Notes: generated from the sequence alone by a model not told the origin. 64,000 nt of DNA from a virus (IMGVR_UViG_3300033121_000332:1191-65190); one strand, 5' to 3'; positions 48,984 through 57,372 are shown, counted from the stretch's first letter. Numbers and translations: made by a program.

Positions 48984-49361
48984 TTAGATCAGTTCGATGA
49001 TGGCGAATAGTCCATACTGTAAAGCGGATTCTCTCTCTCTTTCCAGAGGGGAGCAGGAACGGGTTGAATTATCGTAAATGTACCATTTCTCGATGACTTG
49101 AGAATTGGTGTAAATTGAGGGGGAAGAGTGGGCGAATTCGCTTCGCTTGAAAGCGTGAAAGCTCCCATCTCGGATAATCACCACGTAATCAGGATTGATT
49201 TTTGCAATCCTGGGGGATGTTTGAATAAAACAGGGTAGATTACACAGTTCCTTGAACCAATTACGATGAGTTTTATAGATGTAACTTCCATCAATGATTA
49301 AGCATATGGAAGGATCAGACAATAAACGGCGATATTTGCGCTGGCTCCGAGGTGTACCCAT
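48984..49361 (-). CDS. Hypothetical protein (AT-rich)
   Basis: 125-aa ORF ending 1 nt before the next gene's start. Confidence 0.5.
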   Translation of the reverse strand: MGTPRSQRKYRRLLSDPSICLIIDGSYIYKTHRNWFKELCNLPCFIQTSPRIAKINPDYVVIIRDGSFHAFKRSEFAHSSPSIYTNSQVIEKWYIYDNSTRSCSPLERERESALQYGLFAIIELI

Positions 49362-49511
49362 AAGGCAAAGCTACGCTGTAAATGGTTCGATGGCTTCAGG
49401 TGCTTCCTAAACCGATTCCCTTTTGAGAATCAGAGGTCAGCTTTAAAACTATGAACGAATTGAATTTATAGCACAAAACCGAAAATAATACAAGCAGAGT
49501 GAATTATTTTG

Positions 49512-49540
49512 TTGACACAGACAGCGATTGAGAGTAAGAT
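49512..49540 (+). promoter_or_regulatory. Early sigma70 promoter P3
   Basis: TTGACA-17-TAAGAT; spacer nearly identical to P1. Confidence 0.8.
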
Positions 49541-49587
49541 ACAGACATCGAAGCGGCAATGGGGCCGCCGATGAACAGGAGGCAGAT

Positions 49588-49836
49588 ATGAAATTAAACA
49601 ACAACCAAAAAATGGAAATCAAAAGATTGGCAGTAGCAGCAGCGCAGGCATTCGTTGACGAATTTGACGAACCCTTAGATTCCAGCAAAACCGATTGGGA
49701 TGCGGTTGCGTGGCAAGAAGACAGGCGCAAATTGTCATTCCGCGCCAAACTGAAAGCAAGCAGCGACTTGGACGCTGAGGCGTGGGAATTGTACAGCACC
49801 ACATTGGAAGCTAAAACAGGGACACTTTGCAACTAA
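49588..49836 (+). CDS. Small early protein
   Basis: ACAGGAGGC RBS before MKLNNNQK. Confidence 0.75.
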   Translation: MKLNNNQKMEIKRLAVAAAQAFVDEFDEPLDSSKTDWDAVAWQEDRRKLSFRAKLKASSDLDAEAWELYSTTLEAKTGTLCN

Positions 49837-49887
49837 CCCACACCCCACAACCCCGCAGGCCACGGCCTGCACTACGAGGAGGCAGAT

Positions 49888-50040
49888 ATGGAGACAATCA
49901 GATACAGCAAAGACGCGAGCATCTGCATCGTGCATAACAGCGAAACAGGTGAGTATTCCTGTCCGACGCAAGGCGACATGGACACGTTGCCGGTCGGCCC
50001 TGACCTGACCGACGAAGAGATATTATTACTAGACAGCTAA
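49888..50040 (+). CDS. 50-aa acidic early protein (below the ORF-track cutoff)
   Basis: AGGAGGC RBS; METIRYSKDASICIVHNSETGEYSCPTQGDMDTLPVGPDLTDEEILLLDS. Confidence 0.65.
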   Translation: METIRYSKDASICIVHNSETGEYSCPTQGDMDTLPVGPDLTDEEILLLDS

Positions 50041-50091
50041 CCTAACTCCCCCCCACAAACCCGCAGGCCACGGCCTGCACAGGAGGCAATC

Positions 50092-50331
50092 ATGGCACGA
50101 CTCGATTTAATCAAATTCACGACACGCGACGGTAAACCCTGCAAAGAATACGGCTTGCAGGAAGTGAACGAAGACGGCAAATTGCTAAGGCTTTACGACA
50201 ACGAAGCGGATCAGTTTACTTCGTTCCCGAACGCGAAATTCAGCTTTGTGCGAACGCTCGGCACAATGGACGATTCAGACGACTTCTGGAATCTGGTTGC
50301 GGAGTGCAAGCAGATCAACCCGCAATCTTAA
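50092..50331 (+). CDS. Small early protein
   Basis: CACAGGAGGC RBS. Confidence 0.75.
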   Translation: MARLDLIKFTTRDGKPCKEYGLQEVNEDGKLLRLYDNEADQFTSFPNAKFSFVRTLGTMDDSDDFWNLVAECKQINPQS

Positions 50332-50341
50332 GGAGGCAATC

Positions 50342-50866
50342 ATGAGCGTTAATGTAAGAATACAATTACCGGACAATGCAAGAATAAACAATGTCGCCAA
50401 AGTTATCGGCATCGCGGCGGGATTACCCGCAGTCTATCGAAAGTTTAACCATGGGGGAAGTGGATATGTGGAAGTCCACGGAATAAGAGTATCACCTAGC
50501 AGTGTCCCCGAATGCGCCAAGATTACTTGGCGGGAAGGGGTTGATACTGGTGATTCCCATTATGTCTTGTATCACTTCGAATGGGAAGATGGGGGGCGTG
50601 GTTTGTTGCCACCCTCAACACCTTTCTGGTGTGCGGTCGGATTGAAACTGGTGAGCCTGTTTGGTGGCTCAATTCAATTCCAAGATTGTAGCAGTGACGT
50701 TGATTTCCGTTTCCCTGTAAATCCGCTTTGTGGTGCAACAAATGGTGACGAGTGGGAAGCGTGGCAACAGGCGATGCTGGCAGTCGGGCCGCTTACCGAA
50801 GGCGATTTAAGATATGCCCGAACATTCGCAGCATATAAAAGGGGGAACGACAATGAAAACCTATGA
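50342..50866 (+). CDS. Early protein
   Basis: AGGAGGC RBS before MSVNVRIQ. Confidence 0.7.
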   Translation: MSVNVRIQLPDNARINNVAKVIGIAAGLPAVYRKFNHGGSGYVEVHGIRVSPSSVPECAKITWREGVDTGDSHYVLYHFEWEDGGRGLLPPSTPFWCAVGLKLVSLFGGSIQFQDCSSDVDFRFPVNPLCGATNGDEWEAWQQAMLAVGPLTEGDLRYARTFAAYKRGNDNENL

Positions 50867-51053
50867 GGAATTTGTGGCCGAATTGGAAACCTACGCAAAC
50901 ATATGGGTTACGCCGGACGAAGACAATTCAATCACGTCATTGCAAGCATTGGACAAAATGGACGCGCTTGCGGCTGCTTATCCTGAATACATGGCACAAT
51001 TCAGGCGCAAGTCGCTGGAAAAAGCGGCGAAACTTATAGCAAAGGGGGAATGA
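50853..51053 (+). CDS. Small early protein
   Basis: GGGGG RBS before MKTYEEF. Confidence 0.65.
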   Translation: MKTYEEFVAELETYANIWVTPDEDNSITSLQALDKMDALAAAYPEYMAQFRRKSLEKAAKLIAKGE

Positions 51054-51054
51054 C

Positions 51055-51315
51055 ATGGCCAAGAAAATGTACCGAAACGCAGCAGTTGAAAAGCGTGGCT
51101 GGATTCATGTTGAGGACAAGCACCCGCCTGATGCTTGGGTATGGAGCCGCAATAATACGGGCGGTGTTTACCAGCGGTTGTGTGGTGGCGTTCTCACCAA
51201 TCAAGGCTGGCGATATGATTCATGGTTAGGATTCCCGCTGTTTGAGGATGCGAGTTACTGGCGACCGCTTTCATCGGGAGTGCCGGCTGAGGATTGCAAG
51301 GGGATGGAACGGTAA
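51055..51315 (+). CDS. DUF551-like protein
   Basis: GWIHVEDKHP...SYWRPL pattern. Confidence 0.55.
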   Translation: MAKKMYRNAAVEKRGWIHVEDKHPPDAWVWSRNNTGGVYQRLCGGVLTNQGWRYDSWLGFPLFEDASYWRPLSSGVPAEDCKGMER

Positions 51316-51344
51316 AAACACGTACACTTAAAAAGGAGAATGAA

Positions 51345-51512
51345 ATGAACATGTCATATTGCAGATTTTCAAACACTTTGGACGACTTACGCGATTGCTA
51401 CGATGCTATGGGCGATGACGATAAAATGGCTGATTTGAGCGAAGAAGAAGCAAAAGCAAAGGAAAATCTTATAAAACTCTGCCAGCGTATCGTAGATGAT
51501 TACGGAGAATAA
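51345..51512 (+). CDS. Small conserved phage protein
   Basis: AAGGAG RBS; MSYCRFSNT..DLRDC motif. Confidence 0.7.
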   Translation: MNMSYCRFSNTLDDLRDCYDAMGDDDKMADLSEEEAKAKENLIKLCQRIVDDYGE

Positions 51513-51514
51513 AA

Positions 51515-51913
51515 ATGAAAACCATAACACCACAGCAACACGCTGAAATGATGGAATTCTTGGACGACTTGGTTCTGGCAGTCAGAGTCAGAAACGTAGG
51601 AGAAGATGATAACTACATCAGGATATATTCCGATGAGTTTGACAGGGTTATCAACCTGCGAGACTCCTACTTGGCGATGAAAGCCAGAGAAGATGAAAGA
51701 TTGGCGCATCTGCGACGAATCGCACCAAAAATATCACCGGAGAAGGTGGAGAAAGCCAAAGTAAATCTGGCTAAGGGGCGGGACAAGCTGCAAAAAATGA
51801 AAGAAGATCCCGAATTCCGCCAGAAGTGCAATGAGAACCTGGCGAAAGCAAGAGCAAAGCGAAAACCCCGCCGTGTAAAAGCGGTTACGGCTGGCGAGAT
51901 TGACGAAACTTAG
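51515..51913 (+). CDS. Hypothetical protein with basic C-terminus
   Basis: 132 aa; last gene of the rightward early arm. Confidence 0.65.
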   Translation: MKTITPQQHAEMMEFLDDLVLAVRVRNVGEDDNYIRIYSDEFDRVINLRDSYLAMKAREDERLAHLRRIAPKISPEKVEKAKVNLAKGRDKLQKMKEDPEFRQKCNENLAKARAKRKPRRVKAVTAGEIDET

Positions 51914-52154
51914 CCTCGCGGATGTCGTCGCGCAATATGGCGATGGCATCCTTTAATTCTTCTCGATCCGCCTTAGTCGCAAGTGCCTGGGAGATAGCAT
52001 CTAGTTTGTGGTTAACTTCCAGAATATACTCTTTGAATTCTGTCCGGCTGATTTTGAAAAATGACGAAAAAAGCCACCCGATCAGCAAGCCGCTAACGCC
52101 GGCGATGACATTTTCCAGTGAGCGTAGAACAGAAAACTCAGTGAGGATTGACAT
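51885..52154 (-). CDS. Single-TM coiled-coil lysis-module protein
   Basis: VIAGVSGLLIGWLF TM followed by a coiled coil; start placed at MSILTEF. Confidence 0.55.
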   Translation of the reverse strand: MSILTEFSVLRSLENVIAGVSGLLIGWLFSSFFKISRTEFKEYILEVNHKLDAISQALATKADREELKDAIAILRDDIREAKFRQSRQP

Positions 52155-52299
52155 TTTCACCGTCCTTGCACCCCTTATCCCACTCATACAGGGATTGAGC
52201 GGATAAACCGTGCGCGTGTCTGTTGATGGTTGCACCGCGCAGTGAGATGTTTACCCGCTCAAATCTGAGATGGTGGATCACCCCCTATCGTCAATGACA

Positions 52300-52509
52300 T
52301 TATCCAACGGTGTTATTGGCATCCAATTTCGCCTTGAACCTGTTAATCATTTCCGATGCGGTTGCTTCGTTTTGAGCCGACTGCTTTTCGGCTGAGTCGA
52401 TGAGTTCATCGATGCTCATGCCGGAGCGTTTCGCCTCTTTGAGAATCTCGATGTATAGTTGGAGGAAAAACACCCCCAGGCTGTTGATCCATGTCAGAAT
52501 GTTGTCCAT
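52300..52509 (-). CDS. Small lysis-module protein
   Basis: AGGGG RBS; amphipathic N-terminus. Confidence 0.6.
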   Translation of the reverse strand: MDNILTWINSLGVFFLQLYIEILKEAKRSGMSIDELIDSAEKQSAQNEATASEMINRFKAKLDANNTVG

Positions 52510-52518
52510 AAATTCCCC

Positions 52519-53007
52519 TTACTTCTTTTTGGCTGCTGCCACCAGGTCAATCAGCGACTTGAGGGTAGCGTTCAACGAATTGAGCAGATCCACAATTTGT
52601 TTCCTGGTATTCGGATTGATGCTCAGGAAATCGGGATTACTGATCAGAGTATTGATGGTAGCGGTCGATGTATCGAGGATTGCCAGCATCCTTGCCGATC
52701 CCTCCTCCGGCAGCACAATAGTTGTATTGCCCGATGCGTCGGTGACTTTGTAGGATTTAGCGACCTGAATCAGTTCACGATTGGCAATGTTGACCTGGTT
52801 TAATGCCTGGGTTGCTTTCAAAGCGGCAGCGGTCGAGATTGACCCGTCACCTTCCAAGCGGTTGATCATCGTCAAACCCGTACCAACATAACCGGCTACC
52901 CGGTCAGTGTCTTTGACGAATTCCCGCCCCGGATCACCGCAGGCAGTAAAGAGTAAACTGAAAGCGACCACTACGGAGATTGCCGCAGTTGATAGTTTTC
53001 TTTTCAT
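52519..53007 (-). CDS. Lipoprotein (possible spanin component)
   Basis: Lipobox LLFTA-C; downstream of holin and endolysin. Confidence 0.6.
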   Translation of the reverse strand: MKRKLSTAAISVVVAFSLLFTACGDPGREFVKDTDRVAGYVGTGLTMINRLEGDGSISTAAALKATQALNQVNIANRELIQVAKSYKVTDASGNTTIVLPEEGSARMLAILDTSTATINTLISNPDFLSINPNTRKQIVDLLNSLNATLKSLIDLVAAAKKK

Positions 53008-53019
53008 AATTCTCCAATC

Positions 53020-53217
53020 TTATTTAGAAGTATCCTTGGCGAAGATGCCGAGGACGATGACTCCGACAGGGACGATGTGAGCGATCACCCAATTCAGGGT
53101 TGATTCCTCAACGACGATCCCGTAGGTTTTGGCGATGCCGGCCAAACCGAGAACCAATCCAGTAACGGTTGTTTTCCAGTTGGTCAGCAAGAATTCCTTG
53201 ATTTGATCCAGAAACAT
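53020..53217 (-). CDS. Holin-like membrane protein
   Basis: AGGAGA RBS; two TMs; NWKTT...AKD signature; adjacent to the endolysin. Confidence 0.7.
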   Translation of the reverse strand: MFLDQIKEFLLTNWKTTVTGLVLGLAGIAKTYGIVVEESTLNWVIAHIVPVGVIVLGIFAKDTSK

Positions 53218-53285
53218 TTTCTTTCTCCTTTCGAAATATCGATACCGACCACAGCCGGCATTTCCACAATAACAAAAATTCCGCA

Positions 53286-53927
53286 TTACGCAATCCCAAG
53301 TAGGGACATGTTGGCTTTGTACTTTTTCAGCCTTCCGGGGTAGCCATTCATCCCGCCATTGATGCGCCTAGTAATCTCCCTGAAATTACGGGCGTCGGCC
53401 AGATCATTGCACCCTCGATCCTTCCAGTACCAGGCGGCGACTCTTAATCCCACTTCAGGCGTGGCCACTTGATCAGGATTGTCTTCCAGATCCAAGTTTA
53501 AAGCCTCTCCCGCAGCTTTGTAATTGGCGCGGCCCGTGAGCTGAATCGGGCCTCGACCTCGATATCTCCACCCATCCCCCGAACTCTCATCTCCGTTTCC
53601 CATTCGGTTAGCATAAACCCGGTTGGCGATCTTGACGGGATTGCCGGCATACTCGCTGGCCACCTGGCTATTAAACCGTGTCGGCCAGACTGTGAGTAAT
53701 CGAGACGATGAATAGTTTAGATTTTCAAGCCACAGGGTCAGATCCCCCGACTCATACGCCAGTTGAGCTGCAAAGGCGGCAAGCCGGAGCGATGTATTGA
53801 TCTCAAACTCGGTGCAGGCAGCGTCAAAGGGAACCAGATAATTAGCAGCGTCTCCCGGTGACAGGCGGGAGAACATCGCAAGGAATTTGGCCGGCTCCAA
53901 TGCTACGACCGTCATAACATATCCCAT
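53286..53927 (-). CDS. Endolysin, glycoside hydrolase family 19
   Basis: AAFAAQLAYESG, YANRMGNG..SGDGWRYRGRGPIQLTGRANY and ITRRINGG motifs. Confidence 0.92.
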   Translation of the reverse strand: MGYVMTVVALEPAKFLAMFSRLSPGDAANYLVPFDAACTEFEINTSLRLAAFAAQLAYESGDLTLWLENLNYSSSRLLTVWPTRFNSQVASEYAGNPVKIANRVYANRMGNGDESSGDGWRYRGRGPIQLTGRANYKAAGEALNLDLEDNPDQVATPEVGLRVAAWYWKDRGCNDLADARNFREITRRINGGMNGYPGRLKKYKANMSLLGIA

Positions 53928-54067
53928 AATAAAAAATGGCCCACTACTTGATAGGCTAAGTCTTTGCTCTTACCTTAGTCTACCGTTCATGGGCGCGTTC
54001 CGCAGGGATGAATCTGCGAACAGTGCATGTAAACTCACACAAACTAAACACTCACAGGATACTCCCC

Positions 54068-54358
54068 TTATTTGGGTTTGGCAAGCGTGGCGGCGCGGTA
54101 TTTATCCACCCACGATTGACAGTATTTGGCGACTCTTTCGGTGTACGCGGTACACAGATTAGTGGTGTCATTGTAGCGGTTATCGTGGGCGGCTTGCCCA
54201 ATGGCGTCCTCTGCCTCGTCCCATGCTTTCCCCGATACGCTGAAGGTATCAGGGCATTCACCGTTTAGGCTTACCAACTCCTTCACGCAGTCTGTGACTA
54301 TCCGGTTGCAGTGCCGGAAAGTCGCTTGCATCACTTGTTCTGACTTGTTGAGTTCCAC
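54068..54358 (-). CDS. Hypothetical protein
   Basis: AGGAGGC RBS + GTG. Confidence 0.65.
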   Translation of the reverse strand: MELNKSEQVMQATFRHCNRIVTDCVKELVSLNGECPDTFSVSGKAWDEAEDAIGQAAHDNRYNDTTNLCTAYTERVAKYCQSWVDKYRAATLAKPK

Positions 54359-54367
54359 TGTTGCCTC

Positions 54368-56128
54368 CTAAAATTGCGGGATACCAGACTCATCTTCGTC
54401 ATCCGGCCCATCCGTTTTCCATTGGGATTCGTAGTACTGACCTGAAACAGAATCGTAGAACAACTCGCAAACCCCTTCTTGCCCGATGTAATGCGGCTTG
54501 ACCTTCTGAACGTGGATATCAACCTTGTTCGACCGTTCGGACTTGCGACGATACAGGGAGATGATGTTGTGCGCCAAGTTATACCAGTGCGCCGAACCGG
54601 GAAGGGCATACGGTGTAATTACCGGCCCGTCAATGTCCCCAGGCGTGTAAGTCATCTTCGGATGAACGACCAGCCAACCATGCAAGTTTTCGTGTTGAAG
54701 AAAATGCTGGAGTTTGTTGATAGTGACGCGGATATAGTCAGTCTCGTTCATCGAGTCAGGGCGCACATGATCAAACTTCGCCCATGGGTCAATCGTCAAT
54801 CCTTGAATCCCATACTCTTCTCTGGCACGTTTCGCCATTGCCATCACAAAAGGAATGGTCAGCGGCTCCCCGTTTTTCGCCTCGATGAAGTAAAGCGAAG
54901 ACTTCAGTATCCTTTTCGCTTCTTCGTACATCTCGTCACCGATCCGAGGCGTCGGCCCGTGGTAAAACGGTGATCCGGTGTACGCCTCCATAAACCGGGA
55001 ATAAAAGTATGCGGGAGGGGCAAATTCCGGGGAAGCAACGGCAAACTTCCACCCATGCTGGATCATCATATTGGCCATCAATGCGTTCATAAAATGAGAC
55101 TTCCCCGCCGTGGGACTGCCAGTGACCATTGTCAAATATCCGGGAAGTATTGTGTACAAGTCTCTCAGGTTGTTCCATCCGGGGGATATCCCTTGCGGCA
55201 ACCCATTCCTCCGGTATTCGTCAAGCTGAGGCTCGTACTCATCCAGCGTGTACAATCCCGGCGTCTCATCGGGAACCCCTGTGTCGTAGCCGACACCCTC
55301 AACTCTCAAAACATCGTCTTCGGGATCTTTCGCGCCAACATAGCTGGCGATATTCACCAGTTCCGCATCGTCTTTCGGTGGATTGCATCGGTTGGCGTTT
55401 TCCATTCTCAGGCAAGCTAGAATCCCCTGAGTACTAATCCCCTTGCGCCTCATTGCCCCTGCAAACGCCAACAAAACCTTATGCCGGTCGCCTGGGATTA
55501 ACTGCTCCCCATCGTGAACAAGTACCCCTGGTGTGGCCGGCGCGGGGGTGGCCATCATATCGATCAACCACTTCGGCATCTCTGGCAGGTGTCCATTAAC
55601 CGGGACACCCCACGTATACGTGTTCCCTGAGTAGTGGGTACTCCCAGGGGCCACGATGTATCCACCATCCCCTCTGAAATCCAAGCCTATCCCTAGCTTG
55701 CTTGGCTTAGTAACGCTCCCCTGCGTGTTGGCAATATGGAATCCCGGATGCTGGAAAAGAATGTGATACCCACCACTCCCTGTCTTTGCGTAAACCTTTT
55801 CAGGGAACTCTCCATGTTTTCGTACCAGATCCCGAATGGTGTCATTTCCCCCGTGATAAGAATCCACATCAAGCACCACAAATCCTGACTTGCTGCCAGT
55901 GGCCACTCCGATATTCGCCTCCGGCCACATCCCCCACCACTTACGGATCTGCGCCAAGTCTGTTGTCGCATCCTGCAACCCGTTTATCGTTCGGGGATGC
56001 TTCCCGTTGCTTTTGCAATCCTTGTGGTGGCAAGAGCAGATGTGGTTGGCGTCAGGGGTGTGAAGCGGCATTACCGCCCATCCCTTTTCGGCGTACTCTT
56101 GAGCAATCTCTAATTTAGTCTTAGTCAT
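54368..56128 (-). CDS. Bifunctional primase-polymerase (PrimPol) + PriCT + SF4 (T7 gp4/Twinkle-like) helicase
   Basis: GWAVMPL...NGKHP...WWGMWPEANIGVATG...VLDVD; Walker A GSPTAGKS; IDPW and HGWLVVHP; GGAGGC RBS before ATG 56128. Confidence 0.85.
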   Translation of the reverse strand: MTKTKLEIAQEYAEKGWAVMPLHTPDANHICSCHHKDCKSNGKHPRTINGLQDATTDLAQIRKWWGMWPEANIGVATGSKSGFVVLDVDSYHGGNDTIRDLVRKHGEFPEKVYAKTGSGGYHILFQHPGFHIANTQGSVTKPSKLGIGLDFRGDGGYIVAPGSTHYSGNTYTWGVPVNGHLPEMPKWLIDMMATPAPATPGVLVHDGEQLIPGDRHKVLLAFAGAMRRKGISTQGILACLRMENANRCNPPKDDAELVNIASYVGAKDPEDDVLRVEGVGYDTGVPDETPGLYTLDEYEPQLDEYRRNGLPQGISPGWNNLRDLYTILPGYLTMVTGSPTAGKSHFMNALMANMMIQHGWKFAVASPEFAPPAYFYSRFMEAYTGSPFYHGPTPRIGDEMYEEAKRILKSSLYFIEAKNGEPLTIPFVMAMAKRAREEYGIQGLTIDPWAKFDHVRPDSMNETDYIRVTINKLQHFLQHENLHGWLVVHPKMTYTPGDIDGPVITPYALPGSAHWYNLAHNIISLYRRKSERSNKVDIHVQKVKPHYIGQEGVCELFYDSVSGQYYESQWKTDGPDDEDESGIPQF

Positions 56129-56415
56129 TTCAGCCTCCACGTCTCGTAGCCTTTCGCCTTGCCTTCGCTTTTGAACTGCTCCCACGCTGCAAAGAATTGA
56201 CCTATCGTGAACTTGTCGTGTGGGGCGTGATACCTGGCAGCGTTCAAGGCCACGGCTTTCCAATACTTCGCCGGCACTTCGCCCACCAGTGCCTCATACC
56301 ACGCTCTCGCTAGGCTGTCCATCTCTTGCTCGTCGAGCGTCCTCAAACACGTCAGCAAACGTGCGCGGCTTAATAAACTGGTCAGGCCGCTCAGAAGGGT
56401 TTCCTTTCCAAACAT
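56125..56415 (-). CDS. Putative helicase-loader-like small protein overlapping the initiator 3' end
   Basis: GAGGCAATG start at 56415 (alternative 56514); position between initiator and helicase. Confidence 0.45.
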   Translation of the reverse strand: MFGKETLLSGLTSLLSRARLLTCLRTLDEQEMDSLARAWYEALVGEVPAKYWKAVALNAARYHAPHDKFTIGQFFAAWEQFKSEGKAKGYETWRLK

Positions 56416-57229
56416 TGCCTCGTCCGATGCTGGACTCTCTTTCGGAAGGGATGTCAATGGGGTTGGTGACAAGTTTGTGACAGTATTCGGCGGCTTGTTT
56501 TCGTTTTGTTTCATAGTCCGTTCCTTTGGCTTGTCTGTTTGTTCGTTCCTGGTAGGAATTGATTAGTCCCGTAAAATTCCGCTTGCTGTATCCGTTGGTG
56601 CGCCATGCTGTGACCACTTCACGCCACAGCTTCATGTCAGAGATATTAGCTGCCTCTAATGCTTCTTGCTGGAAGATGGGTACGCCTTCGCCAAAGACTT
56701 CCTGATAAATGCTTACTGGCGTGTCATCGGGGGAGAGAGACTCTCTCTCTCTCTCTCTCTTATGTAAATCACTATTATGTAAATCACTATTACTGTAAAG
56801 CCCCTGGTTTACGGGGGGCGACAAAACGGGGGGTGGACAATCCGCCTGTGGCGTGTCGGTATCTGGCTCATTAGTGTCTGGTTCATCCAAGTCCGGATCA
56901 TCCCCTCCCATTTCCCATGACCGCGTTCTGTCCTGGACACTTACTGGTTCGTCGAATACCATGTAAGACGAGACAAAACGCCCATCCTTCCCCCTACTTT
57001 TAGTGAAAGTTAGGTAACCGGCCAACTCAGCTTCTTTCATTATCCGGCGTCGAGCGAATTTGCCGATCCCGCCATTTTTTTCAATATCGCGTATGCGGCA
57101 CTCCCAATCATCCGAGTGGGAAAGTAAATATGTAAGCATCCCACGAGTTTCATAACTCAGACTTTTATCTTGGAGTAAGGATCGTGAGATAGATGTATAG
57201 TGGCCGCGACGAACCCTGACAATGGACAT
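56294..57229 (-). CDS. Replication initiator (lambda O / DnaD-like, N-terminal wHTH)
   Basis: YTSISRSLLQDKSLSYETRGMLTYLLSHSDDW...ELAGYL pattern; internal direct repeats. Confidence 0.8.
   Translation of the reverse strand: MSIVRVRRGHYTSISRSLLQDKSLSYETRGMLTYLLSHSDDWECRIRDIEKNGGIGKFARRRIMKEAELAGYLTFTKSRGKDGRFVSSYMVFDEPVSVQDRTRSWEMGGDDPDLDEPDTNEPDTDTPQADCPPPVLSPPVNQGLYSNSDLHNSDLHKRERERESLSPDDTPVSIYQEVFGEGVPIFQQEALEAANISDMKLWREVVTAWRTNGYSKRNFTGLINSYQERTNRQAKGTDYETKRKQAAEYCHKLVTNPIDIPSERESSIGRGNVWKGNPSERPDQFIKPRTFADVFEDARRARDGQPSESVV
56731..56800. repeat. (CT)10 microsatellite plus 15-bp tandem repeat (probable origin iterons)
   Basis: (CT)10 at 56741-60; TATGTAAATCACTAT x2 at 56761-90. Confidence 0.7.
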
Positions 57230-57263
57230 AATTTCTCCTACAAAAATAAAGTTCGCTAAACGC

Positions 57264-57292
57264 TTGACACCGGGGCGATGTCCTTCTACACT
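57264..57292 (+). promoter_or_regulatory. Sigma70-type promoter, antisense to the replication operon
   Basis: TTGACA (57264-69), 17 nt, TACACT (57287-92). Confidence 0.65.
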
Positions 57293-57298
57293 GGCTTC

Positions 57299-57372
57299 AA
57301 CTTGTTCGTTTCAAGCATCGTGATTCCGTCACGAAGCCTCCAAAAAGGGAGGGGTTAGTCGCCCTCCCTTTT
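57299..57372 (+). ncRNA. Candidate antisense small RNA in the initiator leader
   Basis: Promoter, hairpin TCGTGA-ttccg-TCACGA, AAGCCTCC linker and terminator; no ORF. 5' end estimated. Confidence 0.5.
57343..57372. terminator. Bidirectional intrinsic terminator
   Basis: AAAAGGGAGGG-gttagtcg-CCCTCCCTTTT. Confidence 0.8.
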
